DNA from: Candidatus Bathyarchaeia archaeon
GTDB taxonomy: Archaea; Thermoproteota; Bathyarchaeia; Bathyarchaeales; Bathycorpusculaceae
Direction: 5' to 3'
NCBI GenBank assembly: GCA_038883715.1
Contig: JAVZLS010000001.1
Location: 1 to 64,000, forward strand
DNA: 64,000 bases
The notes under the pieces were generated by a model. It was not told the DNA's origin. It ran no database searches and saw only the letters and a program-made list of their open reading frames with translations. Positions within the stretch are counted from its first letter, which is position 1; each line of letters starts with the position of its first letter. Below are positions 1 to 7,781 of the stretch, one piece after another. The position numbers were made by a program, and so were the translations under genes.

Positions 1-1
1 G

Positions 2-892
2 AAAGATGTTCTCGCCAATTTTGGGTATAAAGCCGAAGACATAGCTGAACTCGCTGTTGGTTCCTTGTCCATCCGCGGTAAAGCCTTCCTAAACCAGATA
101 ATAAGAAGTTCTATTGATGTTGACAAGCTGGATTTTGTTGTTAGAGACACCTATCACACAGGCGCGGAGTATGGCTTCGTAGACGTTTTTCGTCTAATTC
201 ACACTTTCGATGTTTTGGATGGAAACCTAGCTGTTGATATTGGGGCACTTTCAACCCTTGAATCCTTCATAATAGCCAGAATAGAATCCTTCAAAAGCAT
301 ATACTTCCACCGCGTTGGGAGAGCCGCCCAAATAATGCTGGCAACAGCCCTTGAGAAGGCAGATGAAGAGCTAGGCTTGTCCGCCTTTAAGACACCAGAG
401 GAGTATTTGGCAATGGACGACTACACGGTTTGGACTATGCTCAAAAACTGTAAGAAATCCAGCCCAATAATAAGGAATCTTGAGGGGCGGAGAATGCTGA
501 AATGCGCCTATGAGCAGACTTTCTACGTTAAGGACAAAACAGTTTCAAACATTTTTAGCGCCGAAGAATTCCGCAACCAAATAAAGAACAGAATAGCAAA
601 GGACGCCAAAGTTGACCCAGAAGCCATAATAATTGACGTGCCAACAGTGCCTTCTGTCCCGTATCATCATTCCATGTTCATGGAGCCTATGGAAATCCCA
701 GTTTTCAGCAAAACCCGTGATGGAAGGAAGGAGGCTAAGAGACTCAGCGAGATTTCCGGAATATTTGAGGTTCTAAAGGGTTTCATAAACATTTTAAGGG
801 TTTACACAGACGAGAAAAATCGTGGAAAGGTGGCGGAAGCCGCCTCAAAAATCCTCGGCGAAATCCCATCATCAGCCAAAATATCCTACTGA
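2..892 (+). CDS. HD-domain phosphohydrolase (SAMHD1/dNTPase-like), 5'-truncated by window edge
   Basis: Frame open from base 2; motifs DVDKLDFVVRD and F-KSIYFHR typical of HD dNTP triphosphohydrolases. Confidence 0.85.
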   Translation, partial: KDVLANFGYKAEDIAELAVGSLSIRGKAFLNQIIRSSIDVDKLDFVVRDTYHTGAEYGFVDVFRLIHTFDVLDGNLAVDIGALSTLESFIIARIESFKSIYFHRVGRAAQIMLATALEKADEELGLSAFKTPEEYLAMDDYTVWTMLKNCKKSSPIIRNLEGRRMLKCAYEQTFYVKDKTVSNIFSAEEFRNQIKNRIAKDAKVDPEAIIIDVPTVPSVPYHHSMFMEPMEIPVFSKTRDGRKEAKRLSEISGIFEVLKGFINILRVYTDEKNRGKVAEAASKILGEIPSSAKISY

Positions 893-903
893 AGGCGCCT
901 AAA

Positions 904-1320
904 ATGGCAAGGTGTATAGTTCTGCGCGGGCGCGGAATCGTTGAGGGATACTGTAAAGCGGAGGCGCTTGTCTCCGCCAAACCCATAAGTTTCCTTGGAG
1001 ATGTCGACCCGGAAACTGGAAAGATTATTGAAAAACGGCATGACTTGTTCGGCGAGTCTATAAAAGATAAGGTCTTATGTTTTCCCCATGGACACGGCTC
1101 AACGGTCGGCAGCTACGTCCTATACTCTTTGGCCAAAAAGGGCTTGGCGCCAAAGGCCATAATAAACTACAAGGCTGACCCCGTTATCGTTGTGGGCGCG
1201 GTTATAGCTAATATTCCAATGGTGGACCAAATAGACATCAGCTGGATTAAGAATGGCGACTTGATTGAGGTTGATGCCCATAAAGGAACTGTTAAAATCC
1301 TGAAGTCGGTGGAGGGTTGA
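904..1320 (+). CDS. Aconitase X swivel-domain (DUF126) small subunit, likely phosphomevalonate dehydratase small subunit
   Basis: ISFLGDVDPETG and GSTVGSYVLY motifs; adjacent to AcnX large subunit. Confidence 0.9.
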   Translation: MARCIVLRGRGIVEGYCKAEALVSAKPISFLGDVDPETGKIIEKRHDLFGESIKDKVLCFPHGHGSTVGSYVLYSLAKKGLAPKAIINYKADPVIVVGAVIANIPMVDQIDISWIKNGDLIEVDAHKGTVKILKSVEG

Positions 1321-1326
1321 AAGGGC

Positions 1327-2502
1327 ACGTATCTAACAAAAGAGGAAGAGCGCATTTACGACGGCGAATTCGGCCGGGCAAAGCAAGTTTGCATGAAAAT
1401 ACTTGTCAAACTTGGAGAGCTTTTCAATGCGCCTAGGCTTATACCGATCGACTCTGCCCATGTTTCCGGAGTTTCATACAAAACCCTCGGCGAGGCGCCC
1501 ACAGACTTTCTAGAAGCATTAGCGGATGCTGGCGAAAAAGTCGCTGTTGAAGCCACCCTTAACCCTCAAAGTTTAGACTCCGAACACTTGGCAAAGAGAC
1601 TTCCAAAAAATCTTGTTGAAAGGCAGCTGAAGCTCTGCGAAATTTTCGATAAGCTCGGCTTCCAAAAATCTTTCACATGCACACCCTACTACATTAAAGA
1701 GCCGAGGAGAGGCTCCCACTTGGCATGGGCTGAATCCTCAGCCGTTGTCTACGCCAACTCCGTTTTGGGAGTTTGGACAAATCGTGAAGGAGGTCCAAGC
1801 GCTCTGGCAGCAGCCCTCATTGGCAAAACACCAGACTGTGGAATACATAGAGCTGAGAACCGCAAGCCAAAGGTCGTGGTCGAAGTTAAGGCTTCTTTAG
1901 AAAACAGAGTTGATTACGGAGCCTTGGGAATATTTCTGGGAAAAATTTTGGAAGACAAAATCCCGCTAATCAAAGGCTTAAAAAACCCGTCACCTGAAGA
2001 CTTGAAACAGTTGGGTGCCGCGCTTGCCTCCGCCGGAATGGTAAACATGTTCCATTATAGAGAAGGCGTCAAAGTAGAAGAAAGGCTTGAAAAAATAACT
2101 GTGGAAGCAAAGGGCATCAAAGAAACAGTGGCAGAGTTAACAACAGCCTCAACGCAAAAACCGGACCTGGTCTTTGTTGGGTGTCCCCACTGCTCCCTCC
2201 AGGAAATTAAAGAAATTGCAGATGCCATCGGAAACCGAAAAGTTAGAAATGACGTTGAATTTTGGATTTGCACATCCCACTTAATAAAAGAAAGGGCTAA
2301 AGCTTATATGAATAAAATCGAGGCAAGCGGCGCCAAAATCCTAACAGACACATGCGCCGTAGTTACATGGACAGAAAAGCTCGGAATAAGAACAATAATG
2401 ACAAACTCTGCAAAAACAACTCATTATGCGCCAACCCTAAACAAGGCAGAAACCATCCTAGCACCGCTAAAAGAATGCTTAAAAACAGCCCTAAAAGAAT
2501 AA
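1327..2502 (+). CDS. Aconitase X catalytic (DUF521) large subunit, likely phosphomevalonate dehydratase large subunit; start uncertain (ACG 1327 vs ATG 1393)
   Basis: TCTPY, WAESSA, GCPH, DTC motifs; family-like N-terminus YLTKEEERIYDGEFG lies in frame upstream of ATG 1393. Confidence 0.85.
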   Translation, partial: TYLTKEEERIYDGEFGRAKQVCMKILVKLGELFNAPRLIPIDSAHVSGVSYKTLGEAPTDFLEALADAGEKVAVEATLNPQSLDSEHLAKRLPKNLVERQLKLCEIFDKLGFQKSFTCTPYYIKEPRRGSHLAWAESSAVVYANSVLGVWTNREGGPSALAAALIGKTPDCGIHRAENRKPKVVVEVKASLENRVDYGALGIFLGKILEDKIPLIKGLKNPSPEDLKQLGAALASAGMVNMFHYREGVKVEERLEKITVEAKGIKETVAELTTASTQKPDLVFVGCPHCSLQEIKEIADAIGNRKVRNDVEFWICTSHLIKERAKAYMNKIEASGAKILTDTCAVVTWTEKLGIRTIMTNSAKTTHYAPTLNKAETILAPLKECLKTALKE

Positions 2503-2505
2503 GGT

Positions 2506-2850
2506 TTAAACGAAACCCGAAAATATTTGCATGATGCCAGACCCAAAATAAGGCTCATAGGGCTCCGGTAGTATAGCCCGGTCAAGTATTCCGGCCTTTC
2601 GAGCCGGAGACGCGGGTTCAAATCCCGCCCGGAGCACTCCTCTTTTATCAGAAACTACGTTTCCGATACCTTCCTTTTGGGAAGGCGTTTGATTTTGTGC
2701 TATTTTCTTGAAGCCGTTTGTTAATGTTTGTATTCCAATTTTTAAGGCGTTTTCACAGTATTGTGAAACGTTTAAGCCTAATTCTTGAGCTTGTTTTAAA
2801 ATTGCGTCTTCAATTAGGATTGTTGTTCTAACCTTCACAAACATCACCAT
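2506..2850 (-). CDS. Integrase N-terminal fragment Int(N) with RHH/CcdA-like DNA-binding domain; runs antisense through tRNA-Glu in the integrated state
   Basis: KVRTTILIEDAILKQAQELGLNVSQYCENALK resembles RHH antitoxin-type domains; reads VLRAGFEPASPARK across att in the same frame as Int(C); start could be 2868, 2850 or 2844. Confidence 0.8.
   Translation of the reverse strand: MVMFVKVRTTILIEDAILKQAQELGLNVSQYCENALKIGIQTLTNGFKKIAQNQTPSQKEGIGNVVSDKRGVLRAGFEPASPARKAGILDRAILPEPYEPYFGSGIMQIFSGFV
2562..2636 (+). tRNA. tRNA-Glu(TTC); integration target
   Basis: Cloverleaf: acceptor GCTCCGG/CCGGAGC, anticodon arm CCGGC-CT-TTC-GA-GCCGG, T-arm GGTTCAAATCC. Confidence 0.97.
2596..2639 (+). repeat. 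attL, 44-bp direct repeat (3' half of tRNA-Glu)
   Basis: ctttcgagccggagacgcgggttcaaatcccgcccggagcactc identical to 7305-7348. Confidence 0.97.
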
Positions 2851-2880
2851 GCATATTTGTATATACATTCACGCTTTCAC

Positions 2881-3450
2881 TCATGCCTTTTCACCTTCCT
2901 CTAATTTCTTACTTATTTTTCTGAACAGTCCAAGAAATTTGGGAATCATCTTCTCACCCACTTTAATCCTATGCTTTTCCGCAGCATTTTCGTCCAACAA
3001 CAAATCCCATATGCTTATCTTTTTCAGTTCCTCTTCATATTCAGAGGTTAGAGAGTTTAACTCGCCTCGTAAATCGTCAGGCAACTCTAAAGCTGGAAGC
3101 TCAGTTTTTAGGAGAAGATATAATCGCCTAGTAGCTGATTCAATATTCTTGTTTATAAAATCCTCTTTAATCCGTTCAACTTCAGCCCTAATTTCTGAAA
3201 ATAAGTCTCTAATGGTTGTTTGTTTGGCATTTTTTGGAAACCATAAACCTTTTTCGCTATACACTTTTCCCATAAGCTCTAGAGTGTTAAGGTAGCGGTG
3301 AACAGTGGTTCTATAACTTGGCGGCTTGCCAAGCTCCTCTGCGATTCCAACGGCTGATATTCCCTTTGTGCTACTTTGTTGCACTATTTTGTAGATACTG
3401 TCTAACTTTTCCATGAATTTACGTTTTCTTTTATCCATTTTTGTAGCCAC
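2881..3450 (-). CDS. Winged helix-turn-helix protein (element regulator)
   Basis: GISAVGIAEELG...RTTVHRYLNTLELMGKVYSEKGLW wHTH pattern plus helical C-terminal domain. Confidence 0.75.
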   Translation of the reverse strand: MATKMDKRKRKFMEKLDSIYKIVQQSSTKGISAVGIAEELGKPPSYRTTVHRYLNTLELMGKVYSEKGLWFPKNAKQTTIRDLFSEIRAEVERIKEDFINKNIESATRRLYLLLKTELPALELPDDLRGELNSLTSEYEEELKKISIWDLLLDENAAEKHRIKVGEKMIPKFLGLFRKISKKLEEGEKA

Positions 3451-3502
3451 ACAAAAATAATTTAGAAGATGTAGCTACTTAAATAATTTGCGGTGACAAG
3501 AA

Positions 3503-3643
3503 ATGAACAAATCCATAATGTTAAGAATCCGAGTTGAACCGGAATTCAAACAATTACTTCAAAAGGCGGTAAATGAAGGCAAAGCCGAAAGTATGAGTGA
3601 ACTGATTAGAAAAGCGGTTCTGAAATTTTTGGAAATAGGCTAA
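3503..3643 (+). CDS. Ribbon-helix-helix (CopG/Arc-like) protein, 46 aa, below ORF-track cutoff
   Basis: Manual translation MNKSIMLRIRVEPEFKQLLQKAVNEGKAESMSELIRKAVLKFLEIG; alternating strand plus SMSELIRKAV helix. Confidence 0.85.
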   Translation: MNKSIMLRIRVEPEFKQLLQKAVNEGKAESMSELIRKAVLKFLEIG

Positions 3644-3658
3644 CGGAAGGGTCGTGGA

Positions 3659-3874
3659 ATGGCTAACCTAATTTTAACGGGAAACTGCAAATGCGGAAAA
3701 ACTTTCACCACAGCAGTTGAACTCCCAGAAACCATAACCATCAGAAGTGGAAATAGCGTTTACAACGCCAGATTGGGCGAACACTTAGTTGTCCAATGCC
3801 CAGCTTGCGGCAGGATCTTAAACCTGGGCAACGGGTCCAGGCGAAAAACTGAGGTGAAAAATCCTAATGTCTAA
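3659..3874 (+). CDS. Small zinc-ribbon protein
   Basis: CKCG and CPACG pairs; upstream GGAAGGG. Confidence 0.7.
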   Translation: MANLILTGNCKCGKTFTTAVELPETITIRSGNSVYNARLGEHLVVQCPACGRILNLGNGSRRKTEVKNPNV

Positions 3875-4145
3875 TTGCATTTTTAAAGTTAAGGAGAACC
3901 TTCAGACTCGTAGTGTGTTTTGTGAGAAGCTGCAGCAGTGGGTAAGCTCAAACTATTGCAATTTATGCCTTAACAGGGAAGCTTCCCCATCTACCAAAAC
4001 CACTAGTAATAATATCTATCTATCTAATAGATACGTACCTACCTACCTAAGCTCAAGCACCTACACCAAAACCAAAACACACCAAAACACTCCAAAACCA
4101 AACCTTCCTTCAAACAAAATTTTAATGTGTGATGTTTTGGCGTGA
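3867..4145 (+). CDS. Hypothetical Cys-rich protein; 3' half is low-complexity repeat DNA
   Basis: Overlaps both neighbours; C..C..CNLC in N-half. Confidence 0.5.
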   Translation: MSNCIFKVKENLQTRSVFCEKLQQWVSSNYCNLCLNREASPSTKTTSNNIYLSNRYVPTYLSSSTYTKTKTHQNTPKPNLPSNKILMCDVLA

Positions 4146-4609
4146 GCGAGTCTGAAAAGTCATGGGTTCACAAACTGTTTTTCAATGCCTATTTTGAAGA
4201 TGCTTTGGCAAAATATCGAGCTCAAACAGGGTTTGGCGAAAGCTATGCCATTCTCAATGCTCTAAACGAGTATTGGTTTCAAATAGGCGTAATGAGCAAG
4301 GAAGGATATGAGTACAACAGGAAACGTTATGGAGTCAGCTTAACAGAGAAGCTTAAAAAAGAGCTTGAAGCTGAACAGGAAGCTCAGAAAAAGGCGGATT
4401 TGCAGCAGCAGAAACCAATAGTTACTTCAAAAAGACCAGACTATTTCAATATGACTGATGACCAGCTTCTGGACCAATATTTGTTTGCTCAGAAAGTAAG
4501 TGATACTACGGCAATCCAGCTAATCCAATACGCTGCAATGAGGCGAGGATACAAATTCACACCAGACGGAAAAATAGTCAACATTAAAGGAGAAAAAGTG
4601 CTGGAATGA
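4142..4609 (+). CDS. Hypothetical element protein
   Basis: 155-aa ORF, GTGA/ATGA-type overlaps with neighbours. Confidence 0.7.
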   Translation: MSESEKSWVHKLFFNAYFEDALAKYRAQTGFGESYAILNALNEYWFQIGVMSKEGYEYNRKRYGVSLTEKLKKELEAEQEAQKKADLQQQKPIVTSKRPDYFNMTDDQLLDQYLFAQKVSDTTAIQLIQYAAMRRGYKFTPDGKIVNIKGEKVLE

Positions 4610-4716
4610 ATCAAGATAAAGAGCCTGTTGTTGCTTTGACGTCAAGGGCTAAATATGAGAGGCTATGTTTAAAATTGGCGAAAGAGATTTTGGAGCGTGG
4701 TAAAGCGAATGAATGA
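4606..4716 (+). CDS. Small hypothetical protein, 36 aa
   Basis: ATGA overlap with upstream stop; MNQDKEPVVALTSRAKYERLCLKLAKEILERGKANE. Confidence 0.5.
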   Translation: MNQDKEPVVALTSRAKYERLCLKLAKEILERGKANE

Positions 4717-4849
4717 GCTTTCCGTCATGTTTTTGGGCTTGGTTTCCGGGCTTTTGTTAGGCATGTGGCTTTATCCTAAGCTGATTCGCTTGTTTGATTG
4801 GTTGGAGAGGCGGTTTAGCGGTGGGAAAGGCGGAGAAGGGGAAGCGTAG
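4709..4849 (+). CDS. Small single-TM membrane protein, 46 aa
   Basis: Manual translation MNELSVMFLGLVSGLLLGMWLYPKLIRLFDWLERRFSGGKGGEGEA; overlaps previous ORF. Confidence 0.55.
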   Translation: MNELSVMFLGLVSGLLLGMWLYPKLIRLFDWLERRFSGGKGGEGEA

Positions 4850-4982
4850 GCGAAGCCTGGAGGCTCTGGTGGATAAGCAGCTTCTCATTCAGCTTTGTGT
4901 TGAAAACAAGATTGTTTCTAGAGCTTTTGAGCTTGAGCAGAGGCGTGTTAGGCGTAGGTTGCATAGTCAATACGTGGTTTAA
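4821..4982 (+). CDS. Small basic hypothetical protein
   Basis: Arg/Lys-rich ORF, GTG start after GGAGAGG. Confidence 0.45.
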   Translation: MGKAEKGKRRRSLEALVDKQLLIQLCVENKIVSRAFELEQRRVRRRLHSQYVV

Positions 4983-5422
4983 CTGCTAGTAGCCCTTATG
5001 TATATATACACTACAAGCCAATCCACCACATTAGGGCTATACCATTTAGTTTAAAGTTGTTATACTGTGTTGGACATTACACTCTAATGTCCAATAGATG
5101 AAAGCTTCACCGAAAAGAAGCCAGAAAAAAGCTCCGTTTGAGTCCTTATTAATTGATATAAATATATACGGCTTGATGGTTTCGGTTCTCTAGAGGGAAT
5201 GTTGGTGTTCAACACCAACATTAGTATCTCTGGTTCGATTTTTATGGGTTGTTTTTCTGAAATACGCTCGTTTTGAGCTCCTTTTGGAGCAAATGCTCCA
5301 CGAATAATTTTCTCTATATGCTTTTTATGGTATCCTGAGTATTCACTCAGCAGCTCCACAGCTCTTGCCTTTTAGTAAAGTTTTAATCCGATTGTGAGTT
5401 TCATTTAGTATGGGCTTGCGGT

Positions 5423-5992
5423 TTGAGCTTTTATGAGGAGCTAGCCCAAAGCTTCCCTGAAGACTATGTTGAGCCTTATGGCGCATGCCTCATTATTCCG
5501 CCTCAAGCCTTCAAGTCGGAATGGGCTGAAAAGTTGAAGGCTGAAAACTGTTCGGTTTTTCAGTCAGCCCTTAACAACCGCATGGTTTTTCTTGTCCGTA
5601 AAAAGAACAGCAGCAGTCAAGGCGTTTCTGAACCGCAAGCCCCACAGGCTTCTCAGGATCAGTCTAAGCCTCTTAGACCGTTTGAATGGAATGAAGAGAA
5701 CATTCGCCTTATTCAACGTTTGAGGGCTGAAGGGCTGGGTTTGCGGAGGATTTCTAAGCGTTTGGCTGAGTTGGGTTTTAAACCGCCTGCCCACATAACT
5801 ATCAGCAAAAAATTGAAGGCTTTGCAGAAACCAGCCACAACGGAAGCTGAAGCTGAGCCTCAAGCCTTAAACTGTGAAGATGATAGCCTTTTCAAAGAGC
5901 TTATGGAAGCCTCTCAAATGCTTTATCCAAGATTCAAAAAGGCTTGCGCCCTTCTGCTTAAAGAGGCAAGCCGCCTATTGATGGAAGCCTAA
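5423..5992 (+). CDS. Hypothetical protein with internal HTH domain
   Basis: IQRLRAEGLGLRRISKRLAELGFKPPAHITISKKL HTH-like segment. Confidence 0.7.
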   Translation: MSFYEELAQSFPEDYVEPYGACLIIPPQAFKSEWAEKLKAENCSVFQSALNNRMVFLVRKKNSSSQGVSEPQAPQASQDQSKPLRPFEWNEENIRLIQRLRAEGLGLRRISKRLAELGFKPPAHITISKKLKALQKPATTEAEAEPQALNCEDDSLFKELMEASQMLYPRFKKACALLLKEASRLLMEA

Positions 5993-6059
5993 TGTATCAT
6001 CACTGCAAAGCTTAAACTTTTCAACTTTCGTTTAAATTGTCTTGAGAGGGTTTAAACAT

Positions 6060-6302
6060 ATGCGGTTTGTTGTAACTGCGGTTGTAGGCATCGTCATAGC
6101 CTTCATGATAGGCTTGGTTGTCGTAGGCAACCTGATAAGCAGCGTCAACAGTAGCGGCTGGAGCGCCCAGGCAAACAGCACATGGGAAAGTTTGGTAGGC
6201 AACGTTTGGACAGCCTTCGGATTGCTAGTGATAATCCCGCTTGTCATCGGAGCAGTGGTTCTTCTCCGCATGTTCAGCGGAGGCAGAGGAGAAGGCTTCT
6301 AA
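6060..6302 (+). CDS. Putative spindle-shaped-virus-type major capsid protein (80 aa, two hydrophobic helices)
   Basis: Two long hydrophobic segments separated by polar loop with N-x-S/T sequons (NSS, NST); own TATA-like box and T-rich terminator. Confidence 0.7.
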   Translation: MRFVVTAVVGIVIAFMIGLVVVGNLISSVNSSGWSAQANSTWESLVGNVWTAFGLLVIIPLVIGAVVLLRMFSGGRGEGF

Positions 6303-6452
6303 AGGGCTTACAGCCCTCAAACTCCCCCCTCTTTTTCTGTTTTAGCCTAGACTCATTTAAGAAAGTCAATCGCAAGAATCCAATCCTTAAACTTCTCGTT
6401 TCTCCGTTTCTTACACAACTTCATTACAATATATAAAAGAAAAAGGAGAATG

Positions 6453-7348
6453 TTAAGCGATTCTGTTTTGGATTTCCTTTATCGCTTTAAACACTCTATC
6501 CTTTAAGTCTTCTATCAACTTTGGATTGAAGTAGTTGCTCATGAAAATGTTGCTTGATACTCTTCCCACGAGAAAGTCTATTTCCGGCTGCGACAAATAC
6601 CTAGTTAAAATAGTGTTATGTGCTTCTCTTATGTCGCTGAACCTAACCGGTAAACCTCTATCTTTCAGTCTTTTCTGAACCGCATACTTGCTTTTTAAAG
6701 GCACTTCACAACATATCTTTTCAACAAGCGTTTTGGGAACAAAGCTGATAAACGCCTTTTTAGTGCGTCTAATGAAAACCTCTTTAAACCGGTAATGCTC
6801 CAGGCATTCATTCGCCTCATTATAGTATTGGTTAAGTTTGCCTTCCCTATGCAGCTTGATTATCAAGTTATAACTTTGAACCGCCTCATCTAGTCTTAAA
6901 CCAGTTAAAGCTATGAAATCCATGAACACGCTTAAGTCTTGCCTAACAGCTTTCACTTGCTTAACCCATTGCCAAACCTCTTCCGGATTCTTAACCTTGA
7001 CAAGACGCTCAATCACTAAATCATCAACGCTTTTACCAGTCCAGTCTATCCCATAACATTTAAGCAGACGCTTATAATCCTCATAGACTCCCAAAAATTT
7101 CGCCAAATTACTTAAAGCACTAACAACATGATGACGTAAAGTCTTTCTCAAAATTGCCACTTCACTTAAATCCATCTGGAATAGGCAATGAGCATAACGC
7201 TTAGCATAACTAACAATATCCTTAGCAATCCTTTCCCTGTGACTCTGAAGCAGCCAAATTTCAAACGCTTTCCAGTCAATCGCCTCAAAATCGCCTTCTA
7301 TGCACTTTCGAGCCGGAGACGCGGGTTCAAATCCCGCCCGGAGCACTC
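6453..7348 (-). CDS. int: Integrase C-terminal catalytic fragment Int(C), SSV1-type tyrosine recombinase
   Basis: TGLRLDEA (R), TKKAF (K), DIR (R), FLVGR, NYF (Y); frame begins within att repeat. Confidence 0.9.
7305..7348 (+). repeat. attR, 44-bp direct repeat
   Basis: Identical to 2596-2639; followed by a T-run. Confidence 0.97.
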
Positions 7349-7433
7349 TTTTTTCATGAGTTGTTTGTGTTTGTTTGGTATTCAACAAGCTTTATATTGT
7401 GTATTGCGATATATGGAGGTTTGGTGCAAGCCC

Positions 7434-7754
7434 ATGGGAGGCCCTTCAGAACGCGAGTACATGGAGAAGTTTGGCAAGTTCAAAGAGAAAGTTAACAAGA
7501 AGCTGGCTGATGTCAAGAAGCGGTTTGAAAAAATTGAGAAGGCCAAAGTTGATTTGCTTAGGAAGACTAAGGAGATGAAGCACAACGCTGAACACGAAAT
7601 ATTGAAGATGGAGAATGAAATAGCGAAGTCGAAGGATTTGGCTCCCGAGTCAAAGAGAAGGCTTCGCATGGAGATCGACGCCCTCAAAAGCGAAGTCCTG
7701 AGAAAATGCAGCGAAGTGGAAACGCAGATCGCTGAGGCTATTGCAGCTGCATGA
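7434..7754 (+). CDS. Coiled-coil hypothetical protein
   Basis: Lys/Glu heptad-rich; GGAGGT upstream; the ORF-track 5' extension overlaps Int(C) and is not credible. Confidence 0.75.
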   Translation: MGGPSEREYMEKFGKFKEKVNKKLADVKKRFEKIEKAKVDLLRKTKEMKHNAEHEILKMENEIAKSKDLAPESKRRLRMEIDALKSEVLRKCSEVETQIAEAIAAA

Positions 7755-7781
7755 GCCAGCATAGGACGATGGCCGATTCCA

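Larger units (their letters stand above)
2596..7348. mobile_element. Small tRNA-Glu-integrated element (4,709 bp as a circle) with split SSV1-type integrase and a spindle-virus-like capsid gene
   Basis: Perfect 44-bp direct repeats at both ends, integrase partitioned by the att site, small DNA-binding ORFs inside. Confidence 0.93.

Noticed and set aside
1318-1320. In-frame TGA as selenocysteine
   Set aside because: Falls at the subunit boundary rather than a conserved Cys position; no SECIS-like element recognised
5084-5359. Minus-strand 91-aa ORF in the element
   Set aside because: Faint HTH-like start only, no recognisable family, 3' end runs into the hairpin; not supportable as a gene
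7188-7433. 5' extension of the coiled-coil ORF
   Set aside because: Overlaps Int(C) and attR; ATG 7434 has a ribosome-binding-like motif
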